DNA of 64,000 bases from an uncultured delta proteobacterium (GTDB lineage Bacteria; Desulfobacterota; Desulfobacteria; Desulfobacterales; B30-G6). The translations under genes and the position numbers were made by a program. The notes under the pieces were generated by a model that was not told the origin of the DNA, ran no database searches, and was given only the letters and a program-made list of their open reading frames with translations. The stretch is taken from the NCBI GenBank assembly GCA_963848165.1, contig CAWKCS010000025.1:28151-92150 (forward strand), read 5' to 3'. Shown in pieces: positions 40,427 through 49,569 of the stretch (within the stretch, counting starts at the first letter, position 1; each line of letters starts with the position of its first letter).

Positions 40427-40530
40427 ATTGTTATCCCCCTGATTTCTTTGAGTGAGTGATAGGAAATTGCTTTTAATATACCGTTTCGCGAATCTTTACG
40501 AAGCTCAAGCTACGACAACGGCCTCGGATA

Positions 40531-41274
40531 TCAGTGGGTGAGGATCGATTTCAGAAAACTCGCACCCCGCTCGGTCTGGGGGTTGGTAAAAAAATCATTG
40601 GGTGGCGCGACTTCGATGATCTGCCCCTGATCCATGAAAACAACCCGGCTGGCAACCTCTCTGGCGAATCCCATCTCGTGCGTAACCACCATCATGGTCA
40701 TTCCGCCCTTGGCCAGATTTCGCATGACGTCCAGCACTTCATTGATCATTTCCGGATCAAGGGCCGATGTGGGTTCATCAAAAAGCATGATCTTGGGTCG
40801 CATGCCCAAGCCTCTGGCGATGGCCACCCGCTGCTGTTGACCTCCCGAGAGTTGGGCTGGATAGTGATTGATTCTATCGCCCAGCCCCACCCTGATGAGC
40901 GTCTCCTTACCGAGTTTTTCGGCTTCTTCTTTCTTGACTTTCCTGACCCTGATGGGGGCAATGGTTACGTTCTCCAGGGCGGTCATGTGAGGATAGAGGT
41001 TGAATGATTGAAAGATAAACCCGATCTCCGCTCGAATCTTGGTCATATTGCTCTTCTTGTCGTGGACGTTCATGTCGTCGACGATGAGCTCGCCTTCCTG
41101 AATGGGCTCCAGACGGTTGATACAGCGAATCAAAGTGCTTTTACCCGATCCGCTCGGACCACAGACCACCACCACCTCCCCGTGAGAAACCTCGAGGTTG
41201 ATGTTTCTCAGGACGTGAAGTTCACCGAACCATTTATTGACATTTTTAAAAGAAATCATGGTCTCATTCCCCAA
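40531..41274 (-). CDS. amino-acid ABC transporter ATP-binding protein (GlnQ/HisP-like)
   Basis: 247 aa with [24 protein letters not shown] and [10 protein letters not shown]. Confidence 0.93.
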   Translation of the reverse strand: MGNETMISFKNVNKWFGELHVLRNINLEVSHGEVVVVCGPSGSGKSTLIRCINRLEPIQEGELIVDDMNVHDKKSNMTKIRAEIGFIFQSFNLYPHMTALENVTIAPIRVRKVKKEEAEKLGKETLIRVGLGDRINHYPAQLSGGQQQRVAIARGLGMRPKIMLFDEPTSALDPEMINEVLDVMRNLAKGGMTMMVVTHEMGFAREVASRVVFMDQGQIIEVAPPNDFFTNPQTERGASFLKSILTH

Positions 41275-41315
41275 TAAAAATTAACAGGTTTCTGCAGCTG
41301 CCGTGTAGATCTCAT

Positions 41316-41984
41316 TTAGAGCCTGGTAGCTGTCACCGTCATCCGCCTTTCCATGTAATTCGACAAATTGATTAACGGATAACAAATCGCGAAATACAAA
41401 ATGCCCACAAGGCCGAACACCATCAAACCTTCCGGAATGCGCTGCACCGTCAGCCAGCCGACTCGGGTAACATCAACCACTCCGATCGCAGAGACCACGG
41501 ATGAATCTTTAACAATAAGAACATATTGTCCCACCAGAGGGGGTATGATGGATCGCATGGCCTGGGGCAAAACAATATACCGCAGTTGCTGGTAATTGGA
41601 GAGCCCGGATGCGGTCGCAGCCTCTCTCTGGCCTTGCGGCACAGCCAGTATGCCGCTGGCGACGATCTCACAGATAAAGCTGGCACCCATATTACTCAGT
41701 GCGATAACCGCCGCCGGAAATGCTTCCAGTTCTATGCCGGCGCTCGGCAGGATAAAAAAGACAATGAATACCTGGACCAGAAAGGGTGTTCCACGAATGA
41801 GGTCCACCCACGCACCGATAATGGATCGCAGAATTTTATTCCGACCGGCCCTCACAATTCCTAATATAAAGCCGATGATGGTCGCTGCGATCAGACCCAG
41901 CCCGGCAACCGCCACGGTCATCCAGAGTCCCTTGAGGAAAAAGGGCAGACTGCGCATCAGTTCATGAAAATAGAAACTCCACAT
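41316..41984 (-). CDS. amino-acid ABC transporter permease (His/Glu/Gln/Arg/opine family)
   Basis: 222 aa, multi-TM, with an EAA-like loop (…EAATASGLSNYQQLRYIVLPQA…). Confidence 0.9.
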   Translation of the reverse strand: MWSFYFHELMRSLPFFLKGLWMTVAVAGLGLIAATIIGFILGIVRAGRNKILRSIIGAWVDLIRGTPFLVQVFIVFFILPSAGIELEAFPAAVIALSNMGASFICEIVASGILAVPQGQREAATASGLSNYQQLRYIVLPQAMRSIIPPLVGQYVLIVKDSSVVSAIGVVDVTRVGWLTVQRIPEGLMVFGLVGILYFAICYPLINLSNYMERRMTVTATRL

Positions 41985-42001
41985 ATCTTATTCCCCTATC
42001 A

Positions 42002-42670
42002 TCAATGAGCTTCCCGAAAGATCAGTCGTTTTTCAGACCAACCCGAGAAGGTTTTGAGCAGGTAGTAAAGAACTAGATAAAAAGCCGCAGTGGTCAGGAA
42101 CCCTTCTGTGGGCATGAATCGATCCGATGTCAACATCTGGCCTGCACGTGTCAGCTCCATAATCGAAATCAACGAGAGCAGGGACGAGTCCTTAACCAAA
42201 ACAATGGCTTGTCCCAGCATGGGCCGAATCGTCATACCAAGTGCCTGAGGCAGGATGATATAGCGCATACGCTGGAAATAGTTCAAACCGGAAGCGATCC
42301 CAGCTTCGATCTGTCCGTAGTCAATGGCCTGAATGCCCGCCCTGATTATCTCGGCATAATAGGCCCCACTGTTCAGGGTCAGGGCAATAACACCGGTAAC
42401 CCATTCCGGAAGCATGATACCCAGGGTTGGAAGACCGAAATAGAAGAAATAGAGTTGCACCAACAAAGGTGTGGAACGGATGCTTTCGATATAAACAGCG
42501 GCGGTTCTGGAGATGGCCCGGGATGGACTCAATCGCATGGCGCAGGAAATTATTCCCACCAGGATAGCTCCGATCAGTGACAGGACAGACAGCCAAAGGG
42601 TGGCCATGAAGCACTGCAGATAGAGCGGCATGTATTCCAAGATAACTCTAAAATTGAAGGCTTCGAGCAT
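42002..42670 (-). CDS. amino-acid ABC transporter permease (His/Glu/Gln/Arg/opine family)
   Basis: 222 aa (…EAGIASGLNYFQRMRYIILPQA…). Confidence 0.9.
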   Translation of the reverse strand: MLEAFNFRVILEYMPLYLQCFMATLWLSVLSLIGAILVGIISCAMRLSPSRAISRTAAVYIESIRSTPLLVQLYFFYFGLPTLGIMLPEWVTGVIALTLNSGAYYAEIIRAGIQAIDYGQIEAGIASGLNYFQRMRYIILPQALGMTIRPMLGQAIVLVKDSSLLSLISIMELTRAGQMLTSDRFMPTEGFLTTAAFYLVLYYLLKTFSGWSEKRLIFREAH

Positions 42671-42780
42671 AATTTTTACCTGTAATTTATTTATGCCATG
42701 GGTTTTATTCGGCGGGGTGCGAACCGGTATAACCGGTTCGCACCCGACAAAATGTCATCCGCCTGAAAAGCGAAAATTGT

Positions 42781-43578
42781 TTAATGATCTTTCTTCCAAT
42801 CCAGAGAATTGACCCAGTAATTCAAGTTATCATCCAGACGACCGTCCAGGCTGATGTGCAGAAAGAAAAGATTGAGCCACTCGCGTAAATCCGGAGAGTC
42901 ATAACGCAGTGCAAAGGCCAGCGGAGATTTGGACAACTGCCCGTCAAGAATCCGGAGGCTACCGGGCGGGAAACTGGCGGCCTGGCCGCGCACGGCCGAC
43001 CCGTCATTCACCCCGGCATCGGTGTGACCGGCAACCACCGCATTGATCAGAATCGGTCCTCCGCCTTTATAGGTCTTCAATTGGGCCTCGGGAAATGCTT
43101 TTTTGGCATCGTTTTCACCGGTTGAGCCTAACAAAACAGCCAGCTTGGTTCCTGGTTTCCGAACATCTTCGAGGGACTTGATCGGGCTGTCTTGCTTCAC
43201 GAATACCACGCTTCCGGTGTACATATAAGGATCAACAAAAGAGATTTTCATGGCCCTTTTCAAGGTCGGGGTCATATCGGCCGCAAGCATGTCGGCCTTC
43301 TTGGAAAGCAGGGCCGGAATCAGACCGTCCCAGTCATAGTTGAGGTACTTGATCTTTACGCCCATTTCCTTGGCGATCATCTCACAAAGCTCTATGGAGC
43401 TGCCGGTCCGTGCGCCATTTCTATCCACAAAACTGAAAGGTGCGCCCTGGGTCTGACAGGCGACACGGAGTTCCCCTCTTTGTGCAATTTCATCAAGGGT
43501 TCCTGCTGAGGCGGCACCGCAAAAAACGAAAAGAATCGCCAATGAGACAATTACCAAAAATGCGTTTACTTTTTTCAT
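42781..43578 (-). CDS. ABC transporter substrate-binding protein, family 3 (polar amino acid/opine type)
   Basis: 265 aa with a signal peptide (MKKVNAFLVIVSLAILFVFCGAASA) and …GELRVACQTQGAPFSFVD… …YDWDGLIPALLSKKADM…. Confidence 0.88.
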   Translation of the reverse strand: MKKVNAFLVIVSLAILFVFCGAASAGTLDEIAQRGELRVACQTQGAPFSFVDRNGARTGSSIELCEMIAKEMGVKIKYLNYDWDGLIPALLSKKADMLAADMTPTLKRAMKISFVDPYMYTGSVVFVKQDSPIKSLEDVRKPGTKLAVLLGSTGENDAKKAFPEAQLKTYKGGGPILINAVVAGHTDAGVNDGSAVRGQAASFPPGSLRILDGQLSKSPLAFALRYDSPDLREWLNLFFLHISLDGRLDDNLNYWVNSLDWKKDH

Positions 43579-43659
43579 CTTTCCCTCCTTTTAATTTCTC
43601 ATGGTATGATTGTTATATTTTCCCTGCCTATCATTGAATTGGGATAATATATTTCTCGA

Positions 43660-44136
43660 CTATATTTCCTCAACACCCTTGGGCAACGGTAACCAGTTAT
43701 GCCTGGATTTCATGAGGATAAATGTTTCACTCCTAATGACATTGCCCATTTTGAGAATTGTATCAGTAGTGAATCGATATAATTCGTCCATTCCTTCTGC
43801 ACAAATTACCTCAGCAATAATATCGTAACGCCCAGTAACCACTCCTGCCCAAGCGACATTCGGCAGATGCGCTATCTTATCCAGTATCTGATCCAATTTT
43901 CCCTCTGACCGGACGCTCATGGCAACCAACGCGGTTACCATTTCATGATGTCGGATTGGATCGATCAGTCCTGAGACTTTAAACATGCCATTTTTTTCAA
44001 GACTTTTTATTCGGCTTCGAATGGTCGGTGCCGTCACATTGAGTCTTTTCGCCATTTCACCGATCGGCATTCGCCCGTTCTCTGTTAGCAGATGAATGAT
44101 CTCATTATCCAATGTATCGAGTTTTGTTTTATCCAA
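43660..44136 (-). CDS. Lrp/AsnC-family transcriptional regulator
   Basis: 158 aa (…LDTLDNEIIHLLTENGRMPIGEMAKRLNVTAPTIRSRIKSLEKNG…). Confidence 0.9.
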   Translation of the reverse strand: MDKTKLDTLDNEIIHLLTENGRMPIGEMAKRLNVTAPTIRSRIKSLEKNGMFKVSGLIDPIRHHEMVTALVAMSVRSEGKLDQILDKIAHLPNVAWAGVVTGRYDIIAEVICAEGMDELYRFTTDTILKMGNVIRSETFILMKSRHNWLPLPKGVEEI

Positions 44137-44544
44137 AGGTCTCCTCTGTTTTTTTATTGGAAGTATTTATATGGTAGATACATCTGAACAAATAATATGT
44201 CAAGAAATAATTATTCTATTAGAAAAATATATTAATTATTATTTTCTTTTTACAAATGAACAACTCCCGGGGCAAGCCCCGGGTATCAATCTACCATTCT
44301 GGGTTTTCATCGCAGCAAGCTGCGGGGAATAAACCCAAATTGAGATTAAATGACATATAGGTCGATATTAAAATATGCTCTATTGGTGTGATGCGATGGA
44401 AGGCTCTGGGGGGACGCGGGGACATAATAGGGGACATCGTGCACAACGTGCATAAAACACTTCCGTCAACCATTGATGATCTTTTACCTGTTGCGATAGG
44501 AGCGACAGCGTTGTGTTCGATAAAATCGTTTCTTCGGTATTATT

Positions 44545-45537
44545 TCATGCGTAGAGGTGACAACTCACCGTATGACCCGCCTTGTCCGTTTCCTTTGGCA
44601 CCTCTTTGCGGCAGACATCCATTACGTCCGGGCATCGGGGATGGAAACAGCACCCTTCCAGGGGAACGGATAGGGAGGGGGGGTTCTCCTCGATCGCCGG
44701 CTGTTGCGCCCTGTGGGATCCCGGACGCGGAACAGCAGAGATGAGCGCCTTGGTGTAGGGGTGCTTCGGGTGATAAACCATGTCCCCCGTCTCCCCGAAC
44801 TCCACAATTCGCCCCAGATACATCACCGCAATCCGGTTGGCGATGTGACTGACAACACTCACATCGTGTGAGATAAACAGATAGGACAGATGGTATTTCT
44901 CCCGGAGATCCAGAAGCAGATTGATAATCTGGGCCTGTATGGAAACATCCAGGGCACTGACCGGCTCATCGCAGACAATAAAATCAGGCTTCAGCGATAT
45001 TGCCCGGGCGATATTGATACGCTGGCGCTGACCGCCTGAGAATTCATGGGGGTAGCGGTACAATGCATCGGCATCCAGGCCCACATCTTTGAGGATGCCC
45101 CTGGCCGCTTCCTCACGATCGCCATGGATCAATTTAAATTCGGATATCCCTTCCGTGATGATATCCAGAACATTCATGCGCGGATTCAAGGACGAGAGGG
45201 GGTCCTGAAATATGATCTGAATTTTGCGCCGCAAGGCTCTCAATTCTTTGCGGGACAGAGCGGCAAGATCCCTGCCCTGGAACTTTATATGACCCGCATG
45301 AATCTTTTCCAGACCCACCAGGGTCCTGCCGAGGGTTGTCTTGCCGCAGCCGGATTCCCCCACCAGACCGATTGTTTCCCCTTTCTGCAGCGCAAAAGAG
45401 ACGCCGTCCACCGCCCGGACATGACCGATGGTCCGGGACAGAATCCCCCTGCGAACAGGAAACCAGGTTTTCAGATTATTGACTTCAAGCAGTGGGCTTG
45501 TTGAGTTCATTGAGTTTGTTGAGTTTGTTGGGTTCAT
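44545..45537 (-). CDS. peptide ABC transporter ATP-binding protein (OppF/DppF-like)
   Basis: 330 aa with [23 protein letters not shown] and a C-terminal oligopeptide-type extension with Cys residues. The N-terminal residues [13 protein letters not shown] are encoded by a 9-bp tandem repeat, so the start could be the second ATG at 45510. Confidence 0.9.
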   Translation of the reverse strand: MNPTNSTNSMNSTSPLLEVNNLKTWFPVRRGILSRTIGHVRAVDGVSFALQKGETIGLVGESGCGKTTLGRTLVGLEKIHAGHIKFQGRDLAALSRKELRALRRKIQIIFQDPLSSLNPRMNVLDIITEGISEFKLIHGDREEAARGILKDVGLDADALYRYPHEFSGGQRQRINIARAISLKPDFIVCDEPVSALDVSIQAQIINLLLDLREKYHLSYLFISHDVSVVSHIANRIAVMYLGRIVEFGETGDMVYHPKHPYTKALISAVPRPGSHRAQQPAIEENPPSLSVPLEGCCFHPRCPDVMDVCRKEVPKETDKAGHTVSCHLYA

Positions 45538-45568
45538 TGAGTTTGTTGAGATTGTTGAGATTGTTGAA
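45497..45568. repeat. Eight tandem copies of a 9-bp unit (consensus tttgttgag)
   Basis: cttgttgag ttcattgag tttgttgag tttgttggg ttcattgag tttgttgag attgttgag attgttgaa. The array overlaps both candidate start codons of the OppF-like gene. Confidence 0.9.
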
Positions 45569-45665
45569 GGTTTACAATGCCTGGAAGCTGGGAGGCTGGG
45601 AAGCTATGATGTTGCCATCAGCTACCCTTCAAACCTCCAACCCTTGTATCCCCCTTCAACCCTTT
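45569..45665 (+). repeat. Intergenic repeat, family C (copy 1)
   Basis: ggtttacaat…atcagctaccc…ctccaacccttgtatcccccttcaaccct shares its ends and core with 55211-55298. Confidence 0.6.
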
Positions 45666-45678
45666 CTCGCCTGTTAGT

Positions 45679-46656
45679 TTACTGGAATTTCCCCGCAATA
45701 AAACATGCCGCCCTGTGGTTGTCTGATACAGGCCTTAATTCCGGCATCTCAGTTCTGCATTTTTCAAATGCAAAGGGGCATCGGTCACGAAACCGGCACC
45801 CGGACGGATAATTCTCCGGAGAGGGAACACTGCCGGGTATCACAGCCAGTCGATTTCCCTTGCCATCCGACAAAGTGGGAATCGATTTTAAAAGGCTGTA
45901 GGTATAGGGATGCGACGGCGCCGAAAATATGTCCTCCATCCTCCCCTCTTCAACGATCCTGGAGGCATACATCACCAGGACCCGATCACACATTTCCCAT
46001 ACCACGCCCATGTCGTGCGTAATCAAAAGAATGGAAGTATGCTCCGTCTTCATCTCACGAATCAGTTGAAATACCTGGGCCTGTATGGTCACATCCAGGG
46101 CGGTTGTGGGCTCATCGGCAATTATCAACTCCGGGTTCATCATCAAGGCCATGGCAATCATGATGCGTTGCTGCATTCCTCCTGACAACTGGTAGGGATA
46201 GGCATGCATCTTTTCCGCGGCATCGGGTATTTTTACCTTTCCAAGCCATTCAAGCGACATCTGCCAGGCCCTTGATTTTGGCATATGCTGGTGTATCTGG
46301 ATCGTCTCCACCATCTGCTGACCGATTCTTTGCAAGGGGGACAGGGCCGATAAGGGTTCCTGGAATATCATGCTGATTTCTCTGCCGCGTATCTTACGAA
46401 CCGTCTCGATATCGGCCGTCAAGAGATCGTTGCCTTTGAACAGAACCTTGCCGTTCTCGATGCGTCCCGGTGGAGACGGGATCAGACGCAGCAAACTTAA
46501 GGCACTCACCGATTTCCCACATCCGGACTCGCCCACAAGACCGACGATTTCCCCGCGCTGAATGTCAAAAGACACATCGTCCACCGCGGTAAAATAAGCA
46601 TCATCGGTTGTAAATGACACCTTCAGATTCGATACGGAAAGAAGTGTCTGCAGCAT
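45679..46656 (-). CDS. peptide ABC transporter ATP-binding protein (OppD/DppD-like)
   Basis: 325 aa with [24 protein letters not shown] and ADEPTTALD. Confidence 0.92.
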   Translation of the reverse strand: MLQTLLSVSNLKVSFTTDDAYFTAVDDVSFDIQRGEIVGLVGESGCGKSVSALSLLRLIPSPPGRIENGKVLFKGNDLLTADIETVRKIRGREISMIFQEPLSALSPLQRIGQQMVETIQIHQHMPKSRAWQMSLEWLGKVKIPDAAEKMHAYPYQLSGGMQQRIMIAMALMMNPELIIADEPTTALDVTIQAQVFQLIREMKTEHTSILLITHDMGVVWEMCDRVLVMYASRIVEEGRMEDIFSAPSHPYTYSLLKSIPTLSDGKGNRLAVIPGSVPSPENYPSGCRFRDRCPFAFEKCRTEMPELRPVSDNHRAACFIAGKFQ

Positions 46657-48290
46657 CAGGTCAGCCTCGTGTATCGTTTGGGGTCATAGGCATTGCGGAC
46701 ACCTTCGCCCACGAACACCCCCAGGAGCATGACGGTAAACAGAGCAAGGGATGGATAGAGAATCAACCACCATGCCCACCGATACTGCTGGGCCTGGTAA
46801 AGCAATTCCCCCCAGCTCGGTGTGGGTGACGGCAGACCAAAACCGAGATAGTCCAGCGCGGCCAGTGAGCCGATGGCACCCACCAGCGAAAACGGGAAAA
46901 AGGTAATCACCGGAACCATGCCGTTGGGTAAAATATGCTTGAATATGATCTTAAAGGATGAGCCCCCCATGCATTTGGCAGCCTCCACAAAGGGAAGTTT
47001 CCGTAGACGCAGAAATTCCGCCCGAATATAGTAGGATATCCCGATCCAGTTAAAGAGCCCGTAGCAGAACAGCAGCAGGGAAAAACTCCGGCCGTAAATG
47101 GACCCCATGAGTATCATGATGTATAAAAACGGCAGGGCGCTCCAGATTTCAATGAACCGTTGACCGGATATGTCCAGAAGACCGCCATAATAGCCTTGAA
47201 GTGCCCCGGCGGCAATACCCAGAACCATGGACCCCACAACGAGCAGCAATCCAAAGGACATGGACGTTCTCAGCCCGTAAAGAATGCGTGACAGAACATC
47301 TCGTCCAGCCCCGTCAATACCCATGATGTGTCCCTTGACCGGTCGAAAAGGGAATCTGACGTCCTCCTTTAGAAATTCGACGCGGTACTTTCGATGGCCC
47401 ATGGAAATCGTGAGCCTGTCCACGGGGCCGAAATACCGGTTACGCACATTTTCTTTAATGGCCGTTTGCTGCGTTTCCAGCATCGCGTTCCAGAAATGTT
47501 CGGTTCCAGGTTTCGAGGCCTCCCCGACCAGGGCCAGTTCTCTATTAAACGTAACTTTGAATGCATCCCCTTCGCCATCCGCACCCGGCGTCGCCCCTTC
47601 CCTGAATGTAATTCTAACGGTTTCCGGTTTATGCGCCTTTTCCGTGTGGGTCGACAGGGACGCTGTAATACTTTCACCTTCGGGTCCCGTGGTCACCATG
47701 GAGAGAGATGGGGCTCCTTTACCTTCGAACCTAAGCTGGATGGCAGCCCTGAGTTCCAATGGGGTCTTGAAATAGTCTGTGATACGCCTGTTTAGGATGT
47801 CTTTGTCTGCCAAGCCCAGAAATGGCCCGAGTCTGAATGACTTTGCAATGGAAAAATCGTTTCGGATATTGGCTGTCCCCACCATGGGGAGCGGCTTGAA
47901 TAAGGCCGTGACATGATCGGACACGTCAATAAGCGCCGGGTCGAGGCTTTGATACGGGCCATAAGGAATCGGTGGAAAAACCATAAAATTTTCATCGCTG
48001 TCCAAAAAATCAGCATGGGTATTGATCTGGTGGTAATCAGGCCGTGTGTGTTTGCCGTTTCCCAAAAAGGTGTCTTCCGGATAAAATTTGAGCACAGGAA
48101 AATACGACTCGCCCTGAAATTTTACATAGAGCGGAACATTGTTGCAGATGATCTCAGAGCAGAGGCTGAAGAGATACAGGAGCGCAAGAATCCATAGCGA
48201 AATATAGGCCCGCTTCATCTCCTTGAAGCGTGATATACGCCTGCGGGTCATGGGATTTTTAACAAAACGCGATATCATCGGAGGCTTCAA
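46656..48290 (-). CDS. ABC transporter permease, YejE/OppC-like, with a large extracytoplasmic insertion
   Basis: 544 aa. The N-terminal TM is followed by NNVPLYVKFQGESYFPVLKFYPEDTF (YejE-like), then a ~190-aa extra segment, then GIDGAGRDVLSRILYG and the permease core. Confidence 0.85.
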   Translation of the reverse strand: MKPPMISRFVKNPMTRRRISRFKEMKRAYISLWILALLYLFSLCSEIICNNVPLYVKFQGESYFPVLKFYPEDTFLGNGKHTRPDYHQINTHADFLDSDENFMVFPPIPYGPYQSLDPALIDVSDHVTALFKPLPMVGTANIRNDFSIAKSFRLGPFLGLADKDILNRRITDYFKTPLELRAAIQLRFEGKGAPSLSMVTTGPEGESITASLSTHTEKAHKPETVRITFREGATPGADGEGDAFKVTFNRELALVGEASKPGTEHFWNAMLETQQTAIKENVRNRYFGPVDRLTISMGHRKYRVEFLKEDVRFPFRPVKGHIMGIDGAGRDVLSRILYGLRTSMSFGLLLVVGSMVLGIAAGALQGYYGGLLDISGQRFIEIWSALPFLYIMILMGSIYGRSFSLLLFCYGLFNWIGISYYIRAEFLRLRKLPFVEAAKCMGGSSFKIIFKHILPNGMVPVITFFPFSLVGAIGSLAALDYLGFGLPSPTPSWGELLYQAQQYRWAWWLILYPSLALFTVMLLGVFVGEGVRNAYDPKRYTRLT

Positions 48291-49333
48291 TTCTCTTGAA
48301 AATTAATTCTCGGATCGATGAGAACATAACAAAAATCCGACAGGATATTGCCGATGAGTCCCAATATGGCGGTGATGGAAAGGATCCCCATGAAAACCGG
48401 ATAATCCCTCCCCACAATGGCTTCGAGACTCAAACGACCCATTCCGGGGATTTCAAAGACCTGCTCGATGATGACGGAGCCGGCAAACATGACCGTGAGG
48501 ATGGATCCGAAACCGGTTGCAATGGGAACCAGGGAATTCCTCAGGGCATGTCCCCAGATTGCCCGGGAAAAACTGCCGCCCTTGGCCAGTACCGTGCGGA
48601 TATAATCTTTCCCGATCTGCTCTATGAGCGAATTTTTCATCAGCAGTGTCAGTACGGCGAAATTGCCGATCACATAGCACAGGATCGGCAGGAACATGTG
48701 CTGGAAAATATCCTTTGTCTTACCCCAAAACGTGAGCTGATCAAACAGGTCCGAATGAAAACCTGAAATCGGAAATATATCCCACAACCCTTCAACCGTA
48801 CCGGCAAAAAGCATTTTGAGCACCATACCAAAGGCAAAAGGCGGGATGGCATATCCCACAAAAACGACGATGCTCGAAACGATGTCAAAAGATCGGTCGT
48901 GGTGCAAGGCCTTGAAAATGCCCAGAGGGATACAGACCAGATAGGATAGAATAAACCCGGTGATCCCAAAGACCAGGGACACCTTGAATCGTTCCTGAAT
49001 CAACTGCCACGATGTTTTGTTGGGGAAGCGATAGGATTCCATCTTCATGCCCATACGATCCATTACCAGCCACTTCCAGTACCTTTTATAGAACGGCTGA
49101 TCGAACCCGAAATGCGCTTCAATGGCTTTGCGCTGGTCTGCTGAAATACTCGTGGCCGCCCCGGCACCCCCGCCGGATTCCGAAGCGCCGATACCGCCAC
49201 GCATCTGCATGATGGCCTGCTCCACAGGACCCCCGGGAACAAACTGAATGACGCCGAAACAGAGCAGCGTAATCCCCAGAAATGTGGGAATCACGAGCAG
49301 AAACCGCCGGATGAAATAATCGATTCTTTCCAT
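48287..49333 (-). CDS. ABC transporter permease, YejB/OppB-like
   Basis: 348 aa (…RRFLLVIPTFLGITLLCFGVIQFVPGGP… …KDYIRTVLAKGGS…). Confidence 0.88.
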   Translation of the reverse strand: MERIDYFIRRFLLVIPTFLGITLLCFGVIQFVPGGPVEQAIMQMRGGIGASESGGGAGAATSISADQRKAIEAHFGFDQPFYKRYWKWLVMDRMGMKMESYRFPNKTSWQLIQERFKVSLVFGITGFILSYLVCIPLGIFKALHHDRSFDIVSSIVVFVGYAIPPFAFGMVLKMLFAGTVEGLWDIFPISGFHSDLFDQLTFWGKTKDIFQHMFLPILCYVIGNFAVLTLLMKNSLIEQIGKDYIRTVLAKGGSFSRAIWGHALRNSLVPIATGFGSILTVMFAGSVIIEQVFEIPGMGRLSLEAIVGRDYPVFMGILSITAILGLIGNILSDFCYVLIDPRINFQEN

Positions 49334-49569
49334 GCGTTGCTTATAGCATTAGGCGACTGACATTTTCAATAGGCTGTTAGGTTGTAGACTATTAGACTAT
49401 TAGGTGTGGTCCGTAAAAAAAATGAACGTCCAACATCGAAGTCAACGTTCATCTTTCTAAAAACCTAACAGTCTAACAGCCTGTCTATCTAAACTTGTCG
49501 CTTGCTTTTTTTCCTCAAAATCGAATAAACTCTTCTCACAATTTTATGATACCAGCCCGAAAGGAAACC

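Noticed and set aside
25000-44200. Searched the accessory region for defence systems, toxin-antitoxin pairs, integrases, reverse transcriptases and phage genes
   Set aside because: None were recognisable in any frame. The only mobile-element signature is the truncated IS1380-like transposase fragment, together with repeat scars.
44250-44300. GC hairpin cccgggg caag ccccggg as a terminator for the opp-like operon
   Set aside because: No U-tract follows it on either strand, and it lies about 260 nt from the oppF-like stop. It may be structural or a binding site, but it cannot be called a terminator from sequence alone.
45497-45568. Possibility that the 9-bp tandem array, or the other short repeats, is a CRISPR array
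   Set aside because: The units are contiguous with no spacers and only 9 nt long, and no cas genes are nearby. No CRISPR-like repeat-spacer architecture was seen anywhere in the window.
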